Shown: piece by piece, positions 8,988 through 18,298 of the stretch | Layout of the letters: each line of letters begins with the position of its first letter | Position numbering within the stretch: position 1 is the first letter of the stretch | Virus record (IMG/VR): IMGVR_UViG_3300037722_000284 | Location: 1 to 59,307 of that record | DNA from: a virus | Lineage: Duplodnaviria; Caudoviricetes | Direction: 5' to 3' (one strand) | Length of the DNA stretch: 59,307 nt | Position numbers and translations under genes: made by a program | Notes under the pieces: generated by a model | What the model was told of the DNA's origin: nothing | Database searches by the model: none | Seen by the model: the letters and a program-made list of their open reading frames with translations, nothing else

Positions 8988-10832
8988 ATGGCGATAATAT
9001 TGGATTCCTTCCGCTTTCGGGATCACGACAATGCCAACGTAGCGCTCAATGCATCTACCTTGTGGGGCATAGCCGTGAATACCAATGCCTCCTTCAATCC
9101 TGCACGACGATTTCGTCTTCGTGTTGATTTGCAAGCTGTGGATAGTGGGGCGACTTCTGCATATAAGCTTCAGTGGCGCAAAAACGCAGGTACTTTTGCT
9201 GATGTGGCTGTTAATTTCCCCGGCCAGTCCGACCTTCGTGCAGCGGGCCAGATCGATCCCGTAGAGATTGTCGCCAACACGGGGTATGTCGATCAAGATA
9301 GTACCGGTAACCTGATAGGGCCTGGTAGTGGATTTGTGACCGGAGATGGGATGGATATCACCAATTTGTCAGGGTCCATAACCATGTTCAGTACCTCAGA
9401 AACTGAACTCGAATGGTCCCTCTGGTATCACCTTTACGATGACGAGGGTGTCCCGTTTTTTGCTGATGGCGATACCATTGAGTTTCGAGTAGCGAGATCT
9501 GATGGAACTCCTCTTGCATCAACGGTGATCCCGACTGTCACCGTCGAAGTCCCAATCGGCTACATCGGTTTCAACCCCGCCGAATCTCCGGGCCATATCG
9601 GGCCGTTCGTTGACACCAACGACAATATGTACGCCCTGGTTGAAGCCTCAGCCCACAATCCGCTGCTGATCATGGTGAAGTCCACTGATGGGGGAGACAC
9701 CTGGGCGCCGGTCGACATGGCCGGTGTCCCGGCAGGTGAAGACCTCGAAGGTATCGACGCCGTACAGGAAGGCGATGTGGTCCACGTTGCCCACTGGGTG
9801 ACAGGGACACTGGCCGATGGCGTCTACTACCATCGGTTCAACCTCTCCGATCATTCCTCTCCCGACCAGTGGGCCGAGACCGACACTGTGATCGACAACG
9901 CGGGTGGAGCGGGGCTCGCGCGTCGGGATCAGAACTGCACGATCAGTGTCCTCTCCAACGGCGACCTCCGTGTGCTCTACCAGTATGAGGTTGCTCCGGT
10001 GGAGATCGGAATGCGATCCCGCATCTCGGGTACATGGGACACGTCAACTACGGTCATCTTCGACAACGCGAACGGAAGCTGGACGGGTGTTACTTCGGTC
10101 ATCGACCCCGCCACCGACATCATCTATGCGTTTGCTCACGACGATGACACGGAACATCTCCGGGGCAAAGCCATCCTCGCCAACGGGTCACGCCAGAACC
10201 TTTTCGCCGACACTGAGACGACTACTGGCACCCTGGTTGATACGAACACTGGTTCGTCGCTAGAAGAAGAGATGAACTTCACCCCGCCGATCTTGTGGGA
10301 TGACGGGGGCACCAAGCGTGTCTTCATAGCCTGGGTCGAGGACACCACCCTTGACCTGGAATCGGCCACCATCCAGGTCGGGTCTGGCGGGTCGGTCACG
10401 CTCAACGGTGGGGCGAACTCGACCACGTTCGTTAGCCGAAATGTTGGACAGGGCCGGATGCCCGATGTCACCGCCGCCAGGGACTCAACAGGTCGAATCC
10501 ATCTGATCTACGCTCTCGCCGCCGATGATGTTGGTGGGGCGAGCGAGCTATATCGGAATTGGTCTGACGATGACGGGGCCACCTGGGAGTCGACCGAAGT
10601 GTTGGCCGATACTCGTTCATGGGAGAACCGCATCTCCATGCCGCGAGCGTTCACATTTACTCGCGGTGGGGGCGAATACCTTGGCTGGGTCTATTACGAC
10701 GCCACCCTGTACGAAGAGGACGCTGATCCTGCCTTGCTCGGGAACGATGCAGCCGAGTTCATGGGTCACGTCTGGTACGAAGAAATCGCCTTTGCCATTA
10801 TCTTCGATATCGTCATGGTGGTGACGGAGTAA
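8988..10832 (+). CDS. Virion adhesin with BNR/Asp-box (sialidase-like) beta-propeller
   Basis: Asp-box motifs STDGGDTW and SDDDGATW; beta-rich; GAGGAGG RBS. Confidence 0.7.
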   Translation: MAIILDSFRFRDHDNANVALNASTLWGIAVNTNASFNPARRFRLRVDLQAVDSGATSAYKLQWRKNAGTFADVAVNFPGQSDLRAAGQIDPVEIVANTGYVDQDSTGNLIGPGSGFVTGDGMDITNLSGSITMFSTSETELEWSLWYHLYDDEGVPFFADGDTIEFRVARSDGTPLASTVIPTVTVEVPIGYIGFNPAESPGHIGPFVDTNDNMYALVEASAHNPLLIMVKSTDGGDTWAPVDMAGVPAGEDLEGIDAVQEGDVVHVAHWVTGTLADGVYYHRFNLSDHSSPDQWAETDTVIDNAGGAGLARRDQNCTISVLSNGDLRVLYQYEVAPVEIGMRSRISGTWDTSTTVIFDNANGSWTGVTSVIDPATDIIYAFAHDDDTEHLRGKAILANGSRQNLFADTETTTGTLVDTNTGSSLEEEMNFTPPILWDDGGTKRVFIAWVEDTTLDLESATIQVGSGGSVTLNGGANSTTFVSRNVGQGRMPDVTAARDSTGRIHLIYALAADDVGGASELYRNWSDDDGATWESTEVLADTRSWENRISMPRAFTFTRGGGEYLGWVYYDATLYEEDADPALLGNDAAEFMGHVWYEEIAFAIIFDIVMVVTE

Positions 10833-11128
10833 TGCTCCCTATCAAATCATGGAAGATCATCTACGCAGATGAGTCTGAGTTCACTTCTGAGGACGGAACA
10901 TGGGCTGAAGCGCCCCCATTCGGTGTCCAGTGCGTCGTCTACTACCACGTCCCTGAGCCGTACAAGACCATTGACGGTGGGCGGGATAACGGCAACATCT
11001 ACCTTTACTTCGGAGAGAGGATCCACCCTGACTATCAGGGGATCAAGATGGGGCTGTGGATGGACCGTGATGGAGCCTACCGGATACAGGATCTCGCTAC
11101 TGCGTCTACCGCTCCCGAGGTCAACTGA
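10832..11128 (+). CDS. Hypothetical protein
   Basis: Coupled on both sides (TAATG, TGATG). Confidence 0.75.
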   Translation: MLPIKSWKIIYADESEFTSEDGTWAEAPPFGVQCVVYYHVPEPYKTIDGGRDNGNIYLYFGERIHPDYQGIKMGLWMDRDGAYRIQDLATASTAPEVN

Positions 11129-13566
11129 TGCCCACAATCTATCGCAAGACCAACACGGACTCGGACCTCACTGGTGGGGCCACCTACAACAAGGCGATCC
11201 TTCCGCCATCGTCGGACACGTCAGGCACCACCGACATCGTTGTTGCCGCTAATACGACCGTCAACGACTTCGGATATACCGCGGCTGGTATCCCTGGGGC
11301 CGCTGGGATCACCGGGGACTACACGGTCGAAGTCGAGGTCGTCACCGCCCAAGGTGACCTGTTCGCATCCATCGCGGTAGCTCGGGTCAATTCGGCGGGC
11401 ACCCAGCAGGCCATTTCCTCATTCACGGCCGAGCAGGCGGTCGCGGTCGGAACTCTTACATTCAGCCTGTCGTCGATCAACCTTGGTACTTGGGTTGCCG
11501 GGGATCGACTCCGTGTCACCTACCGGATTCGCAACGCTCATCTCCACACTTCGCGTACCCAGACGATCCAACATGGAGGGGCCAACTCTGAGGTTGTCGC
11601 ACCGTGGACCCCGCCTCCGATCAACAAGGTCCAGAATGAATCCGTGTCTCTTTCGGATGATGATTTCTCCATAAAGGGACTCTTGCACTTGGTGTCGGAT
11701 TCCGTTTCCGTCTCTGAATCCGAAGCCCCCGTTGTGTTTAATACGCTGATTGTCGTTCAAGACGAGACTGTCAATATTGGCGTCAGTACCGCCGTTCCCT
11801 TTGACATCGTTCGGGTTGAGGAAGAATCCACTTCCCTGTCCGAAGCCACAGTCCGGTTCCTCGCGCTGGTCCGTTTGGAGGGCGAGTCGGTTTCTCTCAC
11901 CGAAGCCCACATCAGCCTCCGCAGGCTCGTCCGATTGGTGCTAGAGACTTCCGCCGTTTCCGAGTCGGTCGAGAGGGTTGCTGTCCTCCTGCGCACGATC
12001 ACTGAGTCCGTCGAGATCACTGAAGACGACACTCATCTCCGGTCACTGTTCCGGTTGGTCGCTGAGTCGGTTTCCGTCTCCGAAGCCGACTCTCATGTTC
12101 GCGGCCTTCTGCGCCTCCTGGCCGAAACAGTCGAAGTAGCCGAGGACTCTTCCGCGCTCAGATCCCTCCTACGACTGGTTCTCGAATCGGTGTCTGTGAT
12201 CGAAGTCGACCAGTCCCTTCTCGGACTCGTTCGGCAGGTTGGGGAGACGGTCGAGACCTCCGAAGATGCCAAGTCGTACCGGAGCCTGATTCGCCTTCTT
12301 GCCGAGTCGGTCGAGATCACCGAATCCGACGATCATGTGCGACAACTCTTCCGCTTGGTTGCAGAAACAATCGAGGTTGAAGAGTCGGTCACTCGCCTTC
12401 GTGGTCTTCTGCGACTCGCGGCCGAGGTTGTTTCCATCTCCGAATCCGATGAGATGTACCGCGGCCTCGCGAGAATCATCTCCGAGTCCCTGTCGATCTC
12501 GGAGACTTCCAACCGGCTCCGCGCCCTGGTTCGTTCCGAGGTCGATACCATCGCGATTGCCGAACTGGACCTTCGCCTCCGAACCCTCGTCCGCGCGGTG
12601 TCCGAGACGGTCGACATCTCCGAAGCATCCATCCGCGTTCTCGGGTTACTCCATCTGATCTCCGAGACAGTCGAGATCACCGAGGCTGATCTGCACGTCC
12701 TGGTCGAGATCGCGGAAGAACTCGTTCGGATAGTGAACGAGTCTGTTGACCTGTCCGAAGCCGACGACTGGTTCCGGGGGATCCTCGAACTTGTCTCCGA
12801 ATCCGTTTCAGTCACCGAGACTGTGGCGCGGCTCCGAACGATGGTCCGCGCGGTCACTGAGACAATCGACATTTCCGAGACGGTCGCCAACCTTCGTGAC
12901 CTCCTACGTCTCGCCTCCGACTCGATCTCCCTCACCGAGACGGATCTTCACTTCCGCGGCCTCATCCGCTCGATCACCGAGTCGGTTTCGATCTCCGAAT
13001 CCGCGCTCGAAATCTTGGTCACGATTGCAGAAGAGATCGTCAAGCTGGTGGCCGAGTCAGTTTCCATCTCCGAAACCGACGACTGGTTGCGCGGCCTCTT
13101 CAAGATCGAATCCGAGTCCGTTTCAATCACCGAACTGGTTGCCACGCTCCGCGCCCTCGCGCGCATCGAGTCCGAGGTTCTCGAAGTCGACGAATCCGAC
13201 GCGATCTTCCGGGCTCTGGTCCGCGCCATCCCCGAGTCAATCTCGATCACCGAAACCACCACGCGCCTCCGTTCCCTCATCCGCCTGTTCTCCGATGTTG
13301 TTGCCATCTCGGACACTCAGATCCACGCCCGTGATCGGATCCGCCTTCAGGCGGAACTCGCGTCCATCGTCGAATCCCCCGTCTGGATACGCGGGTTCTT
13401 CAAGATCGTGGCTGAGACGATCGAACTGTCCGAAACGGTCGCCTCTTTCGTCGCGGAGGCATACACCGGAGTTCTCCGCAAGTACCGGGATTTCCGAGCA
13501 CGGAACCGTGATTACAGCCAACGTGACCGGGACTACGACTCGCCGCGTGACCGCGACTACGACTGA
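11128..13566 (+). CDS. Long repeat protein (about 30 x 20-aa repeats), probable fibre/ruler
   Basis: Consensus xE[ST][VI]x[IV][ST]Exxxx[LF]RxLxRx[VI]; N-terminal beta domain; C-terminal RDRDY repeats. Confidence 0.85.
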   Translation: MPTIYRKTNTDSDLTGGATYNKAILPPSSDTSGTTDIVVAANTTVNDFGYTAAGIPGAAGITGDYTVEVEVVTAQGDLFASIAVARVNSAGTQQAISSFTAEQAVAVGTLTFSLSSINLGTWVAGDRLRVTYRIRNAHLHTSRTQTIQHGGANSEVVAPWTPPPINKVQNESVSLSDDDFSIKGLLHLVSDSVSVSESEAPVVFNTLIVVQDETVNIGVSTAVPFDIVRVEEESTSLSEATVRFLALVRLEGESVSLTEAHISLRRLVRLVLETSAVSESVERVAVLLRTITESVEITEDDTHLRSLFRLVAESVSVSEADSHVRGLLRLLAETVEVAEDSSALRSLLRLVLESVSVIEVDQSLLGLVRQVGETVETSEDAKSYRSLIRLLAESVEITESDDHVRQLFRLVAETIEVEESVTRLRGLLRLAAEVVSISESDEMYRGLARIISESLSISETSNRLRALVRSEVDTIAIAELDLRLRTLVRAVSETVDISEASIRVLGLLHLISETVEITEADLHVLVEIAEELVRIVNESVDLSEADDWFRGILELVSESVSVTETVARLRTMVRAVTETIDISETVANLRDLLRLASDSISLTETDLHFRGLIRSITESVSISESALEILVTIAEEIVKLVAESVSISETDDWLRGLFKIESESVSITELVATLRALARIESEVLEVDESDAIFRALVRAIPESISITETTTRLRSLIRLFSDVVAISDTQIHARDRIRLQAELASIVESPVWIRGFFKIVAETIELSETVASFVAEAYTGVLRKYRDFRARNRDYSQRDRDYDSPRDRDYD

Positions 13567-13584
13567 TTGGCTAGGATCCTTTTC

Positions 13585-13953
13585 ATGGCCCTCGACCCGA
13601 CGATCCTCCGCAAGATCCGACATGAGATCGGGCAGTCCGAGTTCGCGGACATCGATGACGACGATGCGCTAGAGATCATCTTCAACGATGTGGACGAAGG
13701 CAATTCGTCAGTCCTTTCCACCGCGCTGATCGTCTGGCGTTGGCGACTCGGTCAACTCTCCTCCCGCGCGTTCGACGTGTCGACCGAAGGCACTTTGCTC
13801 TCCCGCAACCAGCGGATCCGGTTCATCGAGCGGAGAATCAAAGAACTTGAAGTCCTCACCGACTTGACCGCGCGGGCCGAGAACATGGCCGTCAACCCGC
13901 CCTTGTCTGTCTCCGGCGACTTCACAATCAGCGGGAGCGCAGAGTTCTCGTGA
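13585..13953 (+). CDS. Probable head-tail adaptor
   Basis: About 120 aa helical protein (KIRHEIG...) at the start of the neck module; TAGGAT-N7-ATG. Confidence 0.6.
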   Translation: MALDPTILRKIRHEIGQSEFADIDDDDALEIIFNDVDEGNSSVLSTALIVWRWRLGQLSSRAFDVSTEGTLLSRNQRIRFIERRIKELEVLTDLTARAENMAVNPPLSVSGDFTISGSAEFS

Positions 13954-14435
13954 TGGAAGCGGAGACGAGCGCGGAGGAGGCCGTCACCCTTGACTCGTGT
14001 ACCGCGATGGTCGAGGCGATCGCACCCCGTGTTCGCGACACCGCTCCGATGATCCTCCCCCTGCTCGTTTCGGACCTCCCGAACGAGGGTGTCGGGTTCG
14101 TCTGGCTCCAGGGCATCTCGCACGTTCGCAACCAAGCTCAGTCCCCACACCGGTTCTCGTTCTCCCCAACGCGGCTGTCCGAACTGATTTCTGAGAACCA
14201 CGACGTTGATCCCCAATACATGTACCACTCGCACCCGTCCGGACAACTCAACCTGTCCTCGGACGACTGGATGGCCCTCCGACACAACTGGCATGAGGGC
14301 TTCCGTGTCCCCTGGGTCGTGTTCCCGATGCGCGCGGGGCGAGACAGCTACGACGACTGGAAGCTCGGAAAAGTCGCAGACACACGGGTCGGGATCTACA
14401 CCCCCGAGTACTACAGGACCATCGTTCTGAAGTAG
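13950..14435 (+). CDS. JAB/MPN+ (JAMM) metallopeptidase
   Basis: PNEGVGF catalytic Glu plus YHSHPSG-x4-S-x2-D motif. Confidence 0.8.
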   Translation: MMEAETSAEEAVTLDSCTAMVEAIAPRVRDTAPMILPLLVSDLPNEGVGFVWLQGISHVRNQAQSPHRFSFSPTRLSELISENHDVDPQYMYHSHPSGQLNLSSDDWMALRHNWHEGFRVPWVVFPMRAGRDSYDDWKLGKVADTRVGIYTPEYYRTIVLK

Positions 14436-14444
14436 CCTGTCATC

Positions 14445-14888
14445 ATGGCAGTCCCACTCACCGGCACCGTCCTGTCCGAGATCGAACTCGACGGGATTCG
14501 GGATGACGTTGAAATCATCTTCACCGATGAGGTCCGTTTCTACCGGCCTACCTCGCTCGGAACACTGAACACCGCGACCAGCCAGTTCGAGAACCCGACT
14601 TCGGGACTCATCTACGAGGGGCCGGGGCAAGTGACCCCGATCCGGTCACGCCGTGACAAGTTCGACGTGATCGGCGAAGGGACGATCTTCACCCGGCAGT
14701 ATCGAATCTCGATCCCGTGGGAGGCCGGGTTAGTCGATCCGCTGCAAGGGGTCCAGATTCGGGACCGCGCGGTGACCCTCACTTCGCGCGATCCGCAGTT
14801 GGTTGGCCGGATCTTCGAGGTCCGCGACGCGACCACGAGCACGAACATCGGATACCGCCAGATCACGGTTCACGACTTCAGGGAGTAG
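14445..14888 (+). CDS. Head closure protein (DUF6093-like)
   Basis: IYEGPGQV, YRISIPW, SRDPQLVGRIFEV patterns of actinophage head-tail joining proteins. Confidence 0.7.
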   Translation: MAVPLTGTVLSEIELDGIRDDVEIIFTDEVRFYRPTSLGTLNTATSQFENPTSGLIYEGPGQVTPIRSRRDKFDVIGEGTIFTRQYRISIPWEAGLVDPLQGVQIRDRAVTLTSRDPQLVGRIFEVRDATTSTNIGYRQITVHDFRE

Positions 14889-14895
14889 GCGAACC

Positions 14896-15771
14896 ATGGC
14901 CGCTGGGTTCCTGACCACCGCGCAGTTGAAGACGCGCAACCAGACCCTCGACCGGATGGACCGCGGGGGGAAACGGCAGTTTTCATCCCGCGTCGGCATC
15001 GACATCGAAGTCCAGGGCGTGACGGTCATGGCCGAACACCTAGACGCAGCGCGCGCGATTGTTACCCAGATCGCCCCCCAGATTGTCGCCGTGTCCGCGG
15101 TGCTCGGGATCTCCTACGCGCGCGAACTTGTTCCTTGGGACACGGGAGCTACCAACTGGTCGATCCACGCCGACCCGGTCAAGTCCTCCCCTGGTGGGGC
15201 GTTCTGGACTGACTACGGTCCAACCACGTACTACGCCCGGTGGCTCGAATGGGGAACCATCCGCATGGCCCCGCGCCCGTTCATGATCCCGTCCGCGGAC
15301 CTTGTCGCCCCCGCGTTCACATTGGCGATGATGGAACTCGCCTCAGTCGTCGACAAGCACACGGGGTCGAGCCTCAATTCACCTGGGCGGGCGGGCAACA
15401 TTCTGTCCGACCCTGGAATCCGTTCGACGTTCACTGGGCTGCGCTCCTTCCTGTATTCAGGCTCGAAGTACCTAGGAGATGTCGCGATCATCGGCGGGGC
15501 GGATTTCATCAACCCGGTTCGTTCCCAGATGCTCCAACTCGCGCGTGTGCTCGGGGACGTGAACGCATCAATGAAGGGTGCGCTCAACACGCGTATCCGT
15601 ACTCGACTGTCGGGCCGCGCGACTGCCCGCATCGTCGGGTTCGGACGTGCGTCCTTCTTCGGCTCAGGGATCTACTCGGCGAACGTGGCGACCGGGGCGG
15701 GCTCGCGTGTGTACCAAAGACTGGCTGGCTCGATCTCGGGCTCCGCACTCACCGGTCTGAACTTCCGGTAG
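14896..15771 (+). CDS. HK97 gp10-like neck/tail-completion protein with C-terminal extension
   Basis: VPWDTG...SI, YARWLEWGTIRMAPRPFMIPS. Confidence 0.85.
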   Translation: MAAGFLTTAQLKTRNQTLDRMDRGGKRQFSSRVGIDIEVQGVTVMAEHLDAARAIVTQIAPQIVAVSAVLGISYARELVPWDTGATNWSIHADPVKSSPGGAFWTDYGPTTYYARWLEWGTIRMAPRPFMIPSADLVAPAFTLAMMELASVVDKHTGSSLNSPGRAGNILSDPGIRSTFTGLRSFLYSGSKYLGDVAIIGGADFINPVRSQMLQLARVLGDVNASMKGALNTRIRTRLSGRATARIVGFGRASFFGSGIYSANVATGAGSRVYQRLAGSISGSALTGLNFR

Positions 15772-15786
15772 TCCTAGAATCATCTC

Positions 15787-16227
15787 ATGGCCCGAACTCA
15801 CCCCGTCATCCTCGACCACTTGAACGGGATCAGGAACGCGATCATCGCCGGGGGATTCAACTTCCCGATCGAGCAGTACCGGCGCCCGCAGGACGGAGAC
15901 ATGAAGTACGTCGACCCGCCGTACTTGGTCCTCAGAACCTTCCCGTCCGCGGACCAAACGGACGGGCCGCTGAGCGACTCTGACGCGGACATCATTCTCC
16001 GCTTTCAGACCATGGGCGTCGGGTTCGATGAGGACCAGGCGATCAACATTGTCGACCGTGTTCGGCCACGAATGCAGAGGGAGCTAATCACGATCACGGG
16101 CCGTCGTGTCATGGACGTGCGTGGCATGATCGTCACGGGCGGAGCGAATATCGACAACAACCTCCCTACTCCGTTCTACTACTCTCATGACATCTGGGAA
16201 GTTTGGACAACTCCAAGTTCGAGTTGA
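15787..16227 (+). CDS. Tail terminator protein (probable)
   Basis: PPYLVL, DGPLSD, FQTMGVG; precedes major tail gene. Confidence 0.7.
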   Translation: MARTHPVILDHLNGIRNAIIAGGFNFPIEQYRRPQDGDMKYVDPPYLVLRTFPSADQTDGPLSDSDADIILRFQTMGVGFDEDQAINIVDRVRPRMQRELITITGRRVMDVRGMIVTGGANIDNNLPTPFYYSHDIWEVWTTPSSS

Positions 16228-16273
16228 ATCTGACTATCCCAGCGCCAACCCAGCTAGCCGAAGGAGCAGTGCA

Positions 16274-16447
16274 ATGGCAGAGAAAGAAAAGAAGTCCGCG
16301 AACGTGGTGATGGTCCATCCCGTGAGCAAAGGCCGCGCTGTCGCCACTCGGCGCGCCTTCGACAACGTCTGGTCGAAGCGTGGCTGGACGATCGAGACGA
16401 AGGCTGCTGCGGCGAAGGAAGAAGCCAAGTCCGGCTCCAGCGAGTGA
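16274..16447 (+). CDS. Small hypothetical protein
   Basis: AAGGAG RBS; VMVHP...WSKRGW. Confidence 0.6.
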   Translation: MAEKEKKSANVVMVHPVSKGRAVATRRAFDNVWSKRGWTIETKAAAAKEEAKSGSSE

Positions 16448-16449
16448 CA

Positions 16450-16495
16450 TTTGGGCCGGGTGGCGACCCACTCCCCGCCGTTTACCCGGCCCAAA
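16450..16495 (+). terminator. Hairpin, probable terminator
   Basis: TTTGGGCCGGGT/ACCCGGCCCAAA arms. Confidence 0.6.
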
Positions 16496-16590
16496 CCTCA
16501 CCCTCTAGTTCAGGGTGAAACTTTCCCCCTGCGGTTACCAACCTTCTCGCCTTCCCGTCTACTCTCTGGATTGACTTCCGAAGGAGAAAC

Positions 16591-17064
16591 ATGGCCCGCT
16601 TGATCGCAGATGGTGAAGTCCGAATCCACTTCGCCCCCGCAGTTGCCGACCTGGATGCGCCCACCATTGCGGAGATCGTGACCGCGGGCGACAACATCAC
16701 CCCGTACCTATCCTCGCTCGACACTCCGCTCGAAGGCGAGGCCGTTCCGTCCGCCGACCTTTCGTCCGCCTTCAACAAGACGGTGCCGGGAACCTTCGGT
16801 GGGGAGATGATCGGTGAGTTCTACCGCGACGACACCGCGGACGATGCCTACGACCTGCTCCCCAGGAACACACTCGGATATGTGGTCGTCCGAAGGTTCG
16901 GCGGGTCGACCGTCGAACTGACCGCGGCGGACGTTGTCGAAGTGTGGCCTGTTCGTGTCATCACCCGGTCCCCGTCTCCGCTCTCTCGGGGAACCGTCCA
17001 GATGTTCACGGTGAACATGGCGACTCTCGACGACCCGGTGGTTGACGCGGTGGTCACCGCGTAA
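16591..17064 (+). CDS. Major tail (tube) protein
   Basis: DLDAPTIAEI, GYVVVRR, VEVWPV patterns of actinophage tail tubes; precedes the chaperones. Confidence 0.85.
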   Translation: MARLIADGEVRIHFAPAVADLDAPTIAEIVTAGDNITPYLSSLDTPLEGEAVPSADLSSAFNKTVPGTFGGEMIGEFYRDDTADDAYDLLPRNTLGYVVVRRFGGSTVELTAADVVEVWPVRVITRSPSPLSRGTVQMFTVNMATLDDPVVDAVVTA

Positions 17065-17160
17065 CGACCCTAATCGTGGCCTGACTTTCGCCTTCGGATC
17101 AGGTCGCCCCCGCAGGTGCCGGGGGATCCGCCCCAACGATCCCCTGCCGCCTGCTCCAGT

Positions 17161-17194
17161 CTCAGTCCCCATTGATGGCCCGATGGGGACTGAG
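17161..17194 (+). terminator. Hairpin terminator after major tail gene
   Basis: CTCAGTCCCCAT/ATGGGGACTGAG stem. Confidence 0.7.
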
Positions 17195-17227
17195 GCGCGT
17201 TCGGGGTGAACCATGAACCGGACGCCC

Positions 17228-17249
17228 CTCTACTCGATTCCGCTACTAT
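17228..17249 (+). promoter_or_regulatory. Leaderless promoter with CTCTACTCG element
   Basis: CTCTACTCG-N7-TACTAT-N7-ATG(17257). Confidence 0.65.
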
Positions 17250-17256
17250 GCCCTTC

Positions 17257-17919
17257 ATGGCAACACCACCAACCCCGTCCAAGTCCACCGCAGCGTCAAG
17301 GCTGACCACGTCCGAGATCATCGCCAAGAGGAAACGGAACCGGAAAAGCGCCACCGTTCTTCTCGACCCGGACCTGAAAGACGAGATCGACAAGCTCGCG
17401 GCGGACATCGCGGCAGAAGAGCGCAAAGGCAAGCGGCTGGGCGGTTCGTTGGCCGAGAACTCGTCGGTCACTATCCAGTCCATGCGGGAAGGACTCGCCA
17501 CCCTGTACGAGAACGCGAAAGCGCACTCTGCGACCTTCCTCTTCCAAGACATCGGGCGCCACGAGTTCGTCGAGCTTTTGAAGGAGCATCGCCCGACCGA
17601 GGAAACGCTGAAATACTACGAAGAGGAAGGCCAGGACCGTCCCGAGTTCGAGCCCGACACGTTCGTTCCCGCGCTACTCCACCTGTCGTCGTATGAGCCG
17701 AAGATCACCCCCGAAGAGGCTCAGGATATTTACACCACATGGTCCGAGGGCGACATCGAGACTCTCTTCATGGCCGCGTACATCGCGTGTAGAGAGAGAA
17801 CCTCTATCCCTTTCTCCGAAGCCGGTATCGAACAGATTGGGAGTACCGAGCCTTCCTCGACTACCGGCTCGACCGTGGCATTGGACGGAAGCGATGGGAC
17901 CGAGACTTCGACGAAGTAG
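17257..17919 (+). CDS. Tail assembly chaperone (G)
   Basis: Between tail tube and tape measure; LKEHRPT, FEPDTFVPALL. Confidence 0.8.
   Translation: MATPPTPSKSTAASRLTTSEIIAKRKRNRKSATVLLDPDLKDEIDKLAADIAAEERKGKRLGGSLAENSSVTIQSMREGLATLYENAKAHSATFLFQDIGRHEFVELLKEHRPTEETLKYYEEEGQDRPEFEPDTFVPALLHLSSYEPKITPEEAQDIYTTWSEGDIETLFMAAYIACRERTSIPFSEAGIEQIGSTEPSSTTGSTVALDGSDGTETSTK
17808..17814 (+). other. Programmed -1 frameshift slippery site C CCT TTC
   Basis: X XXY YYZ heptamer in frame; the -1 frame is open and continuous into ORF 17937-18251. Confidence 0.8.
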
Positions 17920-18251
17920 ACCATGACGAGATCCTCATGTGGCTGTCCGAAAGGGCCGTCGCGTGCGAGGTCTGTCATACCCGGCTCGACGAATGGGAAG
18001 AGGTCGACGAGAACGGGAAGGTGAAGTTCCTCAACCCGTATCTCCCGCATGTGTACGTCTGCCCAGGGTGCAAGGCGACCGGGGAAGCGTACGAAGCTGT
18101 GTCCAAGTCCGCGGGCAAGAACCATTCGACCCATGGGGCGAAGGTGCGGTTGATAACCCCCGAGCAAAAGAAGGCGATGATCCAGAACGACGCGCTCGCT
18201 CGGATCAAGGCGAAAGAGTTGGGCGGGTTGGCTGGCGGCGACGTTCCCTAG
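17814..18251 (+). CDS. Tail assembly chaperone, frameshifted C-terminal part (GT)
   Basis: -1 frame reads LRSRYRTDWEY...MWLSERAVACEVC...CPGC; two CxxC pairs. Confidence 0.75.
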   Translation, partial: LRSRYRTDWEYRAFLDYRLDRGIGRKRWDRDFDEVDHDEILMWLSERAVACEVCHTRLDEWEEVDENGKVKFLNPYLPHVYVCPGCKATGEAYEAVSKSAGKNHSTHGAKVRLITPEQKKAMIQNDALARIKAKELGGLAGGDVP

Positions 18252-18298
18252 AGACGAACCGGCCGAGGGACTAGTCACCCTCTCCTATCCTCTCTTCC

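Noticed and set aside
11128-13566. Diversity-generating retroelement or invertible tail-fibre system
   Set aside because: No reverse transcriptase, invertase or near-identical TR/VR pair; the repeats are degenerate at the DNA level
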